Below, in pieces: positions 10,673-21,000 of a DNA stretch of 64,000 nucleotides. The notes beneath the pieces were generated by a model. It had not been told where the DNA came from. It searched no databases and worked only from the letters and a program-made list of their open reading frames with translations. Position 1 is the stretch's first letter. Every line of letters starts with the position of its first letter. Position numbers and translations under genes: made by a program. The DNA lies in the IMG/VR virus record IMGVR_UViG_3300032268_000986, positions 186,001 through 250,000 of that record, one strand, 5' to 3'.

Positions 10673-10673
10673 G

Positions 10674-12236
10674 TCAGGTCCTCATTGTGATGTTGGTGAT
10701 TCCCACTGAGCCAGCAATGCCAGCATTGACGCTGGTGCTAAGGGCTGCACCCGGGTACATCACACGATTTGGCCCAGCATGTATTTTGTACTGATTTGTA
10801 TAGTCGGTTTGCGTGGTTGCTTGCATCTGGTTAGTGGCTGCAAGTTCTAGTAGTTTTGCCTTGAGTTGGTCTGTGGTTGCACTGGGCCACACCTGAGCCA
10901 GGCAAGCGGCCAGACCTGCCACTTGTGGTGCTGCCATGCTGGTTCCACTAAGGCGTGCTATCTTAAATGAGGGATTAGGTGGATACGAAAATGTTGATGA
11001 TGTTGAGTTATTGGAGGTACTCATGGTACTCATGATATTTGTCCCAGGAGCCCAAACGTCAATACCAGGACCTGAATTACTGAAATAGACCTTGTCCGAA
11101 GCACCAAGTGTATTGTTGGTGTCCATTGCTCCAACAGTGATTTGTCGACTATCTCTAGGACTGGGGCCACGTTGATAATATCTTCTATTGTACTCTATGA
11201 TATCAAAAAAAGTTTCTTCAAATATGTTGTTGTCCCAGTCTGGACCGCCAGGCACATCAAGTGTGTTGTTGTTGTTCCCAGCAGCCTTGACCACATTAAT
11301 TCCAGCATCAATCATTTCACTCAAGTTGGTGTCAAAAGTGGGCTGGTTACTGCCAAATGTGTTCTCCAATCCCACCATGCCCAGGGCGGGATTAACTGAA
11401 CCACCATAGTCGTTTCCTCGGTATTCCACACCATCAAAATTGGTAAATGTGGTAAAACTTCCCCAACTCATGTTTACTATGGTAGGGCGTTTGAATCCTG
11501 TAACAGGGTCCACGGGTTTGTTGAGGTGCCATCCAGTCATGCAGTCCATTGCTGTGTTAGAGTCAATACCATTCCCAGCGCCTGGATCTCCGTCAAGTAT
11601 AATATGCATGGCATAGATTCTGGCGTTCTTGGCCCACCCATACAACAGTCCAGCTACGATACCTGCTACATGTGTACCGTGTCCATCAAGGTCTGTGTAA
11701 AAATTAGCCGGCATTGTGCCGCTGACCCCAGACTCGGTAAACCAGTTGATCTGTTGCACACGACTAACGCCACTGCTGTCATTGAAATCAGGGTGGTTGG
11801 CTTGGATACCAGTGTCCATGATGACAACATCAACTCCAGTGCCATCTAAGATGTAGTTGTAATATCCCGAAGATGCACTGCCAACATTGCTGTTGTCGGG
11901 GTACTGGCAACGAAAAAGTCCCCAATTTAATGCGTCGCTTCCAAAGTATGAAAAGTTTCCATATTGCCTGGCACAGTGACGTAGGTCTAGGTCTGTGCGA
12001 TTTTCCGGGGGAATTTCAACAACAAACACTCTTGAGTCGTTGCAAAGTTGCCGAGCTTCGTCATCGGTTAGTGCATAATGACATTGTCTCAGGCTGACTG
12101 GTCTCTCATTGATTATATCCACAGCACGAGTTGGCACATAAGGAGTTGTACCGTTTCCAACAGTCTCCATTTCGTACCAGAATGCGTCATAATCGACGCC
12201 TTTATTTAAAATGACGTTGTATTCTTTTTGTTCCAT
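10674..12236 (-). CDS. subtilisin-like S8 serine protease
   Basis: VVIMDTG (Asp), HGTHVAG (His), AAGN oxyanion, GTSMAAPQVAG (Ser). Confidence 0.93.
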   Translation of the reverse strand: MEQKEYNVILNKGVDYDAFWYEMETVGNGTTPYVPTRAVDIINERPVSLRQCHYALTDDEARQLCNDSRVFVVEIPPENRTDLDLRHCARQYGNFSYFGSDALNWGLFRCQYPDNSNVGSASSGYYNYILDGTGVDVVIMDTGIQANHPDFNDSSGVSRVQQINWFTESGVSGTMPANFYTDLDGHGTHVAGIVAGLLYGWAKNARIYAMHIILDGDPGAGNGIDSNTAMDCMTGWHLNKPVDPVTGFKRPTIVNMSWGSFTTFTNFDGVEYRGNDYGGSVNPALGMVGLENTFGSNQPTFDTNLSEMIDAGINVVKAAGNNNNTLDVPGGPDWDNNIFEETFFDIIEYNRRYYQRGPSPRDSRQITVGAMDTNNTLGASDKVYFSNSGPGIDVWAPGTNIMSTMSTSNNSTSSTFSYPPNPSFKIARLSGTSMAAPQVAGLAACLAQVWPSATTDQLKAKLLELAATNQMQATTQTDYTNQYKIHAGPNRVMYPGAALSTSVNAGIAGSVGITNITMRT

Positions 12237-12242
12237 GGGCGG

Positions 12243-15200
12243 TTAAATCAGGTTGCCCCAAGCACCATTTTCATAGCCTTGGAATTTGTTCAGTGTTGAA
12301 TTGTAAATCATGTCACCGTTGACAGCAATCAGTGCATTTCGTTGTGTTGTGGTCAAGCTGGGTAGTCTAAACGAGCCGCCACCTACCACACGCACTGCGG
12401 TAGCTGCCGATAGATCCAGGTTCGTAGCCGAACTCAGTGTTGGTGTACCTGCGCCGCCACCTTGAAAATTTCCAGCAATCACATTGCCAGCTGTGGAAAT
12501 AATTCCAGTGGCAAGGATATTGCCGGCTGTGATGTTGCCTGTGGTTGATATTGGGTTAGACCCCAGTGCAGCCAAGTTGGCCACAACGTTGGCGTTGCCA
12601 TACGTGACTGGAAGCCCACTTAACTGTGAACCGTTGCCAAAGATATAACCGCCTGTGATGTTGCCTGTGGCTGATACAATGCCCCCGGTTATAACATTGC
12701 CCCCAGTGATGTTGCCTGTGGCTGTGATCAAACCAGCTGTGCTGACATTGCCCCCAGTGATGTTGCCTGTGGCTGTGATCAAACCAGCTGTGCTGACATT
12801 GCCCCCAGTGATGTTGCCCAATGCACTGATTGTTCCTGTGCTGCCAATTATTGTGGCATTGGCAGTTACAATGTTACCGCCTGTGACGTTGCCACTGAGC
12901 GATGCAGTGGTACCTGACAGTAATGTGGCGTTGACACTGGCACCACCCAGGATATTGCCAGCAGTGACGTTGCCTGTGGCACTGATAGTGGCAGCAAGCA
13001 CCTGCGTGGCTGCAACATTGCTACTTGTGGCGATATCTTGTGTGGTAACAATGGAACTTAGTACATTGCCACTGATGCTCAATGATGATCCAGTGATGTT
13101 TGCACCAGTGATGTTGCCCAGAGCAAACAAGATGCCACTAGTGATTAAGTTGCCACCAGATACATTAGCAGTGGTTGAAATTATATTTTCACTAATGATA
13201 TCACTCAACACATTACCAGTTAGTGCAAATCTACCAGTTGACACATTCCCACTGACTATATTGCCAGTCACACTTAGAGAAGCAAGTGTACCAACATTGG
13301 ATGACACAACTCCACTTAGCTGTGAACCGTTGCCAATAAAAAAGTTGCCAGTGATGTTGGCTGTGGTGGTTACATTGCCAGTCAGGGCCACAAGATTACC
13401 TGTGTATGTGGGCAGGTACGCAGCCACATCAGCATTGCCATACGTGGCAGGGAGACCAGTCAGTTGTGATCCGTTGCCAATGAAATAGTTGCCAGTGACA
13501 TTGGCTGTGGTGGTTACATTGCCAGTCAGGGCCACAAGATTACCTGTGTATGTGGGCAGGTACGCAGCCACATCAGCATTGCCATACGTGGCAGGGAGTC
13601 CAGTCAGTTGTGATCCATTGCCAAGAATATATGAACCAGAAATGTTTCCAGCGGCTGATATTTCTCCATTGACAATTAATCCATCTTGAATAGTGACAAA
13701 ACTAGAATCATCACTAGAGATATTGTTAACCACAAGATTAACAGCTGATAAATTGCCACCTGTGACGTTGCCGGTTGCAGATATTGATCCGCCAGTTATC
13801 AAATTGCCGTTGTTAATATTGCCGGTCACGCTCAGACTAGCCAGTGTACCAATATCTGTGGCAACTACACCAGTTAACAATGCGCCATTGCCTAAAAAGT
13901 ATCCACCGCTGATGTTGGCAGTGGTTGTGATATTTGCCGCGCTGGTCAATGTACTTACAACATTACCACTTAAACTCAATCCAGTAGCATTCAAATTGCC
14001 GCTGGTGATGTTGCCAGTAGCTGAAATTAGCCCAGCAGTCAAGATGTTGCCACCCGTGATATTGCCTGTGACAGTGGCCAGGCCACCTGTGACAACATTG
14101 CCACCTGTGACATTGCCAGTTGCTGAAATGATACCATCTGTCAACAAGTTACCACCGGTGACATTGCCTGTCAGTGATGCTGTTGCGCCTGTGTGTGTGG
14201 TGGCATTGACGTTGGCGCCACCCATGATGTTACCACCTGTGATGTTGCCCGAGGCGCTGATTACCACAGCAGCAATGTTGCCAACTGTTGAAATATTTCC
14301 ACCAGTGATGTTGCCTGTGGCACTGACAACTCCAGCAGTTAAAATGTTGCCACCTGTGACATTGCCCGCTGCACTTACTCGGTCCCCGGTGACCAAGGAT
14401 GTGGCATTGACGTTGTTGCCACCAATGTTGCCACCTGTGGCATTGGCACTGATGTTCTGAGCAGTGATATCGTTGGTGGCAGTGATTGTGGCAGTGTAAA
14501 CAACCCCAGTGGTGATAAAATTGGCTGCTGTGACGTTGCCAGTGGCGCTGACTGTTTGGTCTGCATTGATGTTGTTGGCTGACACATTACCCGATCCGCC
14601 CAGGGCATTGCTAACTGTTAGGTTGTTCAAATTGCCCACAGTTTGTAAACTGCTGTTTGTTACGTTTGCACTCAGTGTGGTGCCAGTGATCAAGGCTGCA
14701 TTGGCGCTGACTGACACCCCGGTCAGCAGCGCACCATTACCAACAAAATAATTGCCAGTGATGTTGCCCGAAGTAGTAATATTGCCCACTGAAGTAATTG
14801 CACCTGCCGTGGTCAAATTACCTGCTGAAACATTCCCTGTGGCACTGACAACACCCCCGGTGTTGATGTTGAGTCCGCCCACGTTGCCTGAGGCGCTGAT
14901 TGTGCCAGTTGCAATGAAATTTCCACCTGTGGTATTGCCTGTGACTGCTAGATTTACGAGATTTCCCACCGTGGTCAAACTGGAAAACAACACATTTGAG
15001 CTCAGTGTATTTCCTGTGATCAATGCCGCGGCCGGACTTGAAACCACCCCAGTGATCAAACTGCCGTTGCCCAGCAAGAAGCCGCCGGCAATGATGTTGC
15101 CTGTGGCAGAAATTACTGAATTTGCCAGCAATGTACCAGTAACTGTGGCCCCTGTGCCTGACACCACCAGCACATTTGCCACGCCTGTGGAACTCACACT

Positions 15201-15374
15201 GACAGTGGAATCATCAACAATGCTGATATTGGAATTACCATTGGCAATACCCGAAACACCGCCAATGTTGTATAATTCAGTAAAGTTTTGATTGGTCTTG
15301 GTAAATGCTGTGCGCAGCGGATCTCCCAGCCCGTCATTTGGGGATGATCCTACGTCGATTATTTGTTGTGTCAT
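12243..15374 (-). CDS. repeat-rich tail fibre/baseplate protein
   Basis: N-terminal IDVGSSPNDGLGDPLRTAFTKTNQNF (gp9/gp10-type anchor); many ISATGNITGGN repeats; C-terminal GDMIYNST..FQGY. Confidence 0.85.
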   Translation of the reverse strand: MTQQIIDVGSSPNDGLGDPLRTAFTKTNQNFTELYNIGGVSGIANGNSNISIVDDSTVSVSSTGVANVLVVSGTGATVTGTLLANSVISATGNIIAGGFLLGNGSLITGVVSSPAAALITGNTLSSNVLFSSLTTVGNLVNLAVTGNTTGGNFIATGTISASGNVGGLNINTGGVVSATGNVSAGNLTTAGAITSVGNITTSGNITGNYFVGNGALLTGVSVSANAALITGTTLSANVTNSSLQTVGNLNNLTVSNALGGSGNVSANNINADQTVSATGNVTAANFITTGVVYTATITATNDITAQNISANATGGNIGGNNVNATSLVTGDRVSAAGNVTGGNILTAGVVSATGNITGGNISTVGNIAAVVISASGNITGGNIMGGANVNATTHTGATASLTGNVTGGNLLTDGIISATGNVTGGNVVTGGLATVTGNITGGNILTAGLISATGNITSGNLNATGLSLSGNVVSTLTSAANITTTANISGGYFLGNGALLTGVVATDIGTLASLSVTGNINNGNLITGGSISATGNVTGGNLSAVNLVVNNISSDDSSFVTIQDGLIVNGEISAAGNISGSYILGNGSQLTGLPATYGNADVAAYLPTYTGNLVALTGNVTTTANVTGNYFIGNGSQLTGLPATYGNADVAAYLPTYTGNLVALTGNVTTTANITGNFFIGNGSQLSGVVSSNVGTLASLSVTGNIVSGNVSTGRFALTGNVLSDIISENIISTTANVSGGNLITSGILFALGNITGANITGSSLSISGNVLSSIVTTQDIATSSNVAATQVLAATISATGNVTAGNILGGASVNATLLSGTTASLSGNVTGGNIVTANATIIGSTGTISALGNITGGNVSTAGLITATGNITGGNVSTAGLITATGNITGGNVITGGIVSATGNITGGYIFGNGSQLSGLPVTYGNANVVANLAALGSNPISTTGNITAGNILATGIISTAGNVIAGNFQGGGAGTPTLSSATNLDLSAATAVRVVGGGSFRLPSLTTTQRNALIAVNGDMIYNSTLNKFQGYENGAWGNLI
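12694..12818. repeat. 51-bp tandem coding repeat
   Basis: ACATTGCCCCCAGTGATGTTGCC at 12694, 12745 and 12796. Confidence 0.9.
13344..13622. repeat. 144-bp near-identical tandem duplication
   Basis: two copies (13344, 13488) encoding GNGSQLTGLPATYGNADVAAYLPTYTGNLVALTGNVTTTAN. Confidence 0.9.
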
Positions 15375-15389
15375 GAGTGTGGGGTCCTA

Positions 15390-15450
15390 GTGATTGTATT
15401 TACCAGAAGCGACATATGGCGCACAACACTATAAGTTGCGCTAAATAATC
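15390..15450. promoter_or_regulatory. divergent late-type promoters (TAAATA)
   Basis: TAAATA on the - strand (~15398-15403) and + strand (~15442-15447) between two divergent structural genes; resembles the T4 late promoter TATAAATA. Confidence 0.6.
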
Positions 15451-15465
15451 AAAACTGGAGATGCA

Positions 15466-18042
15466 ATGAGTTATATTATCAACAACAGCCGGGGACAATT
15501 GGTGGCTGTCATACCTGATGGCACTGTAAACACCACAGCAACCAATCTGGCCTTGGTGGGACGTGCGCTGACTGATTATGGCACCTACGAAAACGAAAAT
15601 TATTTGTTTTTATTGGAAAATTTTGCCAACTCCACTGCACCCACTCAACCCATTCTAGGTCAGCTGTGGTACGATTCCAGCACAGACATTATCTACGCAT
15701 ATAATTCAACCAACAACTGGACACCACTGGCCAGTCAAGATTATGTGCAGGCGCAGAAAAACAGCCCGGCTTTTACTGGCATTCCCACTGCACCCACTGC
15801 TGCCGCAGGCACTGCCACCACACAGCTGGCCACCACGGCATTTGTCACTAACTCCCCACAGTTTTCCGGAGTGCCCACTGCACCCACTGCTGCCGCAGGC
15901 TCAGCCACCACACAGCTGGCCACCACGGCATTTGTCACCAATTCACCACAGTTTCTGGGCATTCCCACAGCACCCACTGCCAGTCAAGGTACATCCAGCA
16001 CACAGCTTGCCACCACTGCATTTGTGACCGCTGGTCCGCAATTTGCCGGCAGTCCCACTGCACCCACTGCTGATGTTGCAGATAACACCACACGCATGGC
16101 CACCACGGCATTTGTGCAGTTGCAAAAGGCCAGTCCAGTGTTTACTGGTGTTCCCACTGCGCCCACTGCGGATCCAGGAACATCTACCACACAGCTGGCT
16201 ACCACGGCATTTGTGCAAGCTGAAAAAGTCAACACTGTGTTGCTGGGAGTGCCCGTGGCGGCCACAGCACCTGCAGGCACTGTCAACACACAGCTGGCCA
16301 CCACTGCATTTGTCAACACTGCCATTGCCACTAGTAATTTGCTGGGCAGCATGGCCTATCAAAATTCCAATGCAGTTGGTATCACTGGCGGGTCAATCAG
16401 TGGAATCTCTGCTCTAGAATTGCCATTTGGTGGTACTGGTGCAACATCTGCCGAGGGTGCAAGAACCAATTTTGGCCTGGGCAGCATGGCTGTTCAAAAC
16501 GCCAATGCTGTGGCCATTACTGGCGGGTCAGTTACTGGCATCACAGCCTTGGCCATTGCCGACGGTGGAACCGGTGCCAGCAACATCAGCGGTGCAAGAA
16601 CCAATCTTGGTCTGGGCAGCATGGCTGTTCAAAACGCAGCTGATGTTCTCATAACCGGAGGTGTGGTCACTGGAATTTCTCCCTTGGCCATAGGTGACGG
16701 TGGTACTGGTTCCAGCACTGCTGCCAGTGCTAGAGACAATCTTGGACTGAGCAGCATGGCCATTCAAAACGCCAATTCTGTGAGCATTAACGGGGGTTCC
16801 ATTACTGGCATCAATCCCATTGCAATTGTCAGTGGCGGCACCGGTGCCAACACTGCCGGCAATGCTAGAACAAATCTAGGGCTTGGCACAGTGGCCACAC
16901 AAGACAGCAACAACATCAACATCACTGGCGGGGTCATCACTGGTATCCTGGCACTGCCAATTGCCAGCGGTGGAACTGGTGCCAACACTGTGGTCGGTGC
17001 CAGGGACAATCTTGGAATTGGTACCCTTGGACTACAGCCTGCCGGCAATGTTGAAATCACAGGTGGCAATGTTTCTGGACTGACCAATCCCTTGGCCATA
17101 GTCAGCGGTGGAACTGGTGCAAATTCTGCAGTTGACGCTAGAGCAACTCTGGGACTTGGTACCATGGCCACTCAAAACGCCAACAACGTAAGTATCACAA
17201 ATGGTATAATATCAAATGTCAGTATTGTCACTGTGTCGGGATTGACCGTGGCCAATGCTGCTGTGGCCACAAGTCTACGAAGCAATATTGGTCTGGGCAA
17301 CATGTCTTTGCAGGCTCCCGGCAATGTGACCATCACTGGCGGCTCAATTACTGGCATCACTGACTTGGCCATTGCTGATGGAGGCACAGGAGCATCTGAT
17401 GCTGCCAATGCCAGAATCAACCTGGGGTTGGGCAATATAAATCCAGATTTTGTTGCAGGTACCATAGCCACTCAAAACGCCAACAGTGTGAATATCACAG
17501 GTGGCACAATATCAAATGTTGGTATTGTCACTGTGACTGGATTGACCGTGGCCAATGCTGCTGTGGCCACAAATTTCCGAGCCAACATTGGACTGGGCAA
17601 CATAGCCACTCAAAACGTCAATAACGTGAGTATCACTGGCGGCTCGATCACCGGCATCAATGACCTGCCCATTGCTGATGGAGGTACAGGAGCATCCGAT
17701 GCTGCCACTGCCAGAACAAACCTGGGACTGGGCACCATGGCCACACAAAATGCCAATGCTGCGGCCATCACTGGCGGATCAGTTATTGGCATCACTGACC
17801 TGGCCATTGCTGATGGGGGTACAGGAGCATCCGATGCTGCCACTGCCAGAACCAACCTTGGTGTGGTAGCAGCCACAACCAACATCATAGCCGGCGGAGG
17901 CCTAAGCGGTGGTGGTGATCTCACTGCCAACCGAACACTGAGCATTGCTGCCAACAGCAATGGATTTGGCACACGCTATATCAGTACATCACCTCCCACC
18001 GCGGGTGTGGGAGTCAACGGCGACATTTGGTATCAAATCTAA
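15466..18042 (+). CDS. tail fibre protein
   Basis: N-terminal ENYLFLLENFA..P..PILGQLWYD; PTAPT...TTQLATTAFV repeats; 45-aa GGTGA..ARTNLGL repeats. Confidence 0.88.
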   Translation: MSYIINNSRGQLVAVIPDGTVNTTATNLALVGRALTDYGTYENENYLFLLENFANSTAPTQPILGQLWYDSSTDIIYAYNSTNNWTPLASQDYVQAQKNSPAFTGIPTAPTAAAGTATTQLATTAFVTNSPQFSGVPTAPTAAAGSATTQLATTAFVTNSPQFLGIPTAPTASQGTSSTQLATTAFVTAGPQFAGSPTAPTADVADNTTRMATTAFVQLQKASPVFTGVPTAPTADPGTSTTQLATTAFVQAEKVNTVLLGVPVAATAPAGTVNTQLATTAFVNTAIATSNLLGSMAYQNSNAVGITGGSISGISALELPFGGTGATSAEGARTNFGLGSMAVQNANAVAITGGSVTGITALAIADGGTGASNISGARTNLGLGSMAVQNAADVLITGGVVTGISPLAIGDGGTGSSTAASARDNLGLSSMAIQNANSVSINGGSITGINPIAIVSGGTGANTAGNARTNLGLGTVATQDSNNINITGGVITGILALPIASGGTGANTVVGARDNLGIGTLGLQPAGNVEITGGNVSGLTNPLAIVSGGTGANSAVDARATLGLGTMATQNANNVSITNGIISNVSIVTVSGLTVANAAVATSLRSNIGLGNMSLQAPGNVTITGGSITGITDLAIADGGTGASDAANARINLGLGNINPDFVAGTIATQNANSVNITGGTISNVGIVTVTGLTVANAAVATNFRANIGLGNIATQNVNNVSITGGSITGINDLPIADGGTGASDAATARTNLGLGTMATQNANAAAITGGSVIGITDLAIADGGTGASDAATARTNLGVVAATTNIIAGGGLSGGGDLTANRTLSIAANSNGFGTRYISTSPPTAGVGVNGDIWYQI
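15780..16320 (+). repeat. six 90-99-bp coding repeats (PTAPTA...TTQLATTAFV)
   Basis: units start near 15784, 15874, 15964, 16054, 16153 and 16252. Confidence 0.9.
16342..17870 (+). repeat. ~135-bp coding repeats (GSMAxQN...GGTGA...ARTNLGL)
   Basis: CTGGGCAGCATGGC recurs at 16342, 16477 and 16612, with further degenerate copies. Confidence 0.85.
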
Positions 18043-18043
18043 T

Positions 18044-21000
18044 ATGACAGCACCTAGCATTATACGCCCTGTGGGGTTTTCTGGATCTGTAGAACAGTTG
18101 GTGGTCAACAGCAGCGTGGCCGGCGAAGTCACTGCTTATCTCTGGGGCGGTGGTGGCGGCGGCGGAGGTGGGCCGAGTAGTGGCAACTCATTGCTCGGTC
18201 GAACAATTCAGGGATCAACGGCCACAGACCCATTTCATGGTGTGTTTGCACCAGGCAAGTCGGGGTACTATCAATCAGTGGTACTGGTATACAACGACGT
18301 GGGAAACTTGATTGATCGCAATAACATTGGTTATTGCGTGGTAGTCAACGATGTTGTTGTATATCTAAATCAAACAGGACCCGGACAACCAGATGCGTTG
18401 CGGCCGCCAGATGATCTGGCCATTAGAAGAGAGTATGTGGGATACAGTTATTATAATGGTACTCCTGGACCCTATGCCACAGTTGACGTTGTTGAATGTT
18501 ACAATTTTACATACACCGCGGTGGAGCCGGGTGCAGGAGGCAATGGCCAGGCCGGCAGCTACAGTCGAATAACATTCAACGTAGAGCCCGGTGACATCAT
18601 TGATGTCGCAGTTGGCCAAGGTGGCGGGGCTGGCAAGATTAGAACCGCTCCCACCAATGGTGACTCTGGCGGCCCATACTACCAAGGATCACTAGCAACG
18701 AATCCGTTTGCCGGGGGTGTGATTGCTCCCGGAACATCTGGGTATTATGTGTTTGGATTTGGCCGCGCCTACGAGGTGGTCCAAGGTTTTGGTGACCTGC
18801 GTGTGAGCTTTCAGCCGTACCAATGGTGTGTGGTCGTAGACGGAGTCATTGTTTATGGCCCGTCGACAGCGGCTCCTCCAGAATCTTTTGCCAAACCAAC
18901 AGCATTTGTAGGAAACAGTTATTATGTTGAGTCTGGCAATCAATATTATGGTGAGTATGACGCAGTTCAGTGTTACACTTTTCAATACACTGCCGCAGGG
19001 CCAGGTGGCAACATCTCCGCTGGTGGTCAGCCCGGCCTGGGATACAGCCCCAAAGAAATTTTCAGCAGCAGAAATCCAGGTCCGGGAAATCCAGTAATCC
19101 CAGTCAAAAATGTTGCCTACAATGAATTCATGAATGCCTATGGAGTCTGGGATCCAGACACAGGGCTTCCAAATTTTACTCGAACATACGAGGTGTATTT
19201 TCCCAGTTCTTCAAAATACGTTTTTGCCATGGGCTGTGACACTTATGGCCGTGTGTATCTTGATGATGTACTTTTCATGGAAGGACAGGGATATGCCAAC
19301 ACAGGACATCCAGTTGAGTACGTTTTGTATGTAGAGCAAGGATTTCACACAGTCAAGATGCAAGGCCAAGGTGCGTCACTGCTCCCAATCTGGACCACTA
19401 GATCCGGCGGGCAAGCAAATCCCGCCGGTGCCCCGGTGTATGTGGGGTACTACTGGGGGCCAGTACCACAGAATCCAGCATATGGATTTATGAACGAATA
19501 CGGAATATGGAGTGTGCCGGCTTCATTCATGCCAAACGGGCAAGGCACCGAGTTGGTACCTATTTGGAACTCAGTGTCCTTTCCCATCTCTGGTTACTAT
19601 ACCATTCAAGCAGCTATTTTTGGAACAGGATACAGGCAAGACACCGCAGGCACACCCGGACAAGTGGCCATAGATGGAACCCCGGTGTGGAACTTGCCGG
19701 CAACTTGGGGAGAACTACTCACACAAACAGTATATATCACTGCCGGGACTCATAGCATTGGTGTTTTTGCCACCTCAGCCTACCCTAGTTCAGGCGATGA
19801 ACAGGGAATAATATCAACAATGGCAGTTTCAATACAACTAAATGCCGGAGTGCCTGGAGCCAACAGCATGGGCCTGGCCATAGCCTTGCCCGGCAGTCTC
19901 AATGCATACTCAGGTGGTGTAGGAGGAAACTCGGGACAACAAGGCATTTCAGGATCTGGTGGCGGTGGCGGTGGCGCCACCACGTTGTTCAAGAATGGTG
20001 TGCCCATTGCCGTGGCTGGCGGAGGTGGCGGAGGTGGCGGCGCTGGACGTCTTAATAGAATTCTTCAATGTGATGCCCCGGGCCTAGGTGGGTTTAACAC
20101 AGCGTATGATGGTGTTCCCACAGGCACAGCTGGCCAAACCTATCTAGGCGAAGGTGGTGGCGGTGGTGGCGGTGGCGGTGGTAGCACCGGCCCCGGTGGT
20201 GGCGGTGGCGGCACGGCTTTGGTGTTTGACATACTCACAATTGGCGGTGGCGGCGGCGGTGGCGGCGGATCATCACGGGCATTTCTATGGAGCGGTGCAG
20301 GTGGCGGTGCAGGTGATATAAGATATGCGTCTGTCAGTGTCAGCCCAGGTGACAGTTTAGGTATAGACGTGGCCGCTGGTGGGGCCGCTGGTAGTGCTAG
20401 AGATGGACCTTTTTCTAGTGGTACACCCGGAACTGCTGGCGGCACAAGTCAATTTCGAGTCAATGGGGCTGTTGTATCAACAGCACCGGGTGGCGGTGGC
20501 GGGCAACAAGCTCAACCAAGCCCGCCAACACCTGGTGCAGGAGGCTCGGGCGGAACAGGCACCCAAGTTTTGACTCCTACAGCAGGAACAAATAACGATA
20601 CTCCTGAGTTTTTTTGTACCGGAGGCACAGGAGGAAAAGGATATCTAGCACCCACTGATGCAAGTGGCCCATATTCTTATGGCAACACCGGTGCTGGTGG
20701 CATTGGCCAAACCGAGACTTCTGGACAAACTGGCACAGTATATGGCGGTGGTGGTGGTGGTGGTGGTAACAATGCCTCACGCGACCAAGCCGGCTATAAT
20801 CCAGCACCCGGTGGCTCAGGAGCGGTGGTGATATCTTATACCAGTCCAGATGGCGTTCCTGTGTTGTCAGGCGGAGCTATCACAATTGTGGGGTTGAGAG
20901 TAACACATGTTTACTCTGTTCCTGGTACTAGAACTGTGTACAGTGGCAGTGGCTCAGGGGTTGTAGGTGGCGGCCTTGGCGGCGGCACTCGTGGAACCGG

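Noticed and set aside
15780-17870. Regularly spaced direct repeats as a possible CRISPR array
   Set aside because: Periods are multiples of 3, the repeats lie in frame within a fibre gene, there are no unique spacers, and no cas genes are present.
7-17972. Many LPPV-rich ORFs on the strand opposite the fibre genes (e.g. 7-753, 12655-15291, 15741-17972)
   Set aside because: They are antisense shadows of Gly/Asn/Thr repeat genes, with no RBS or independent motifs.
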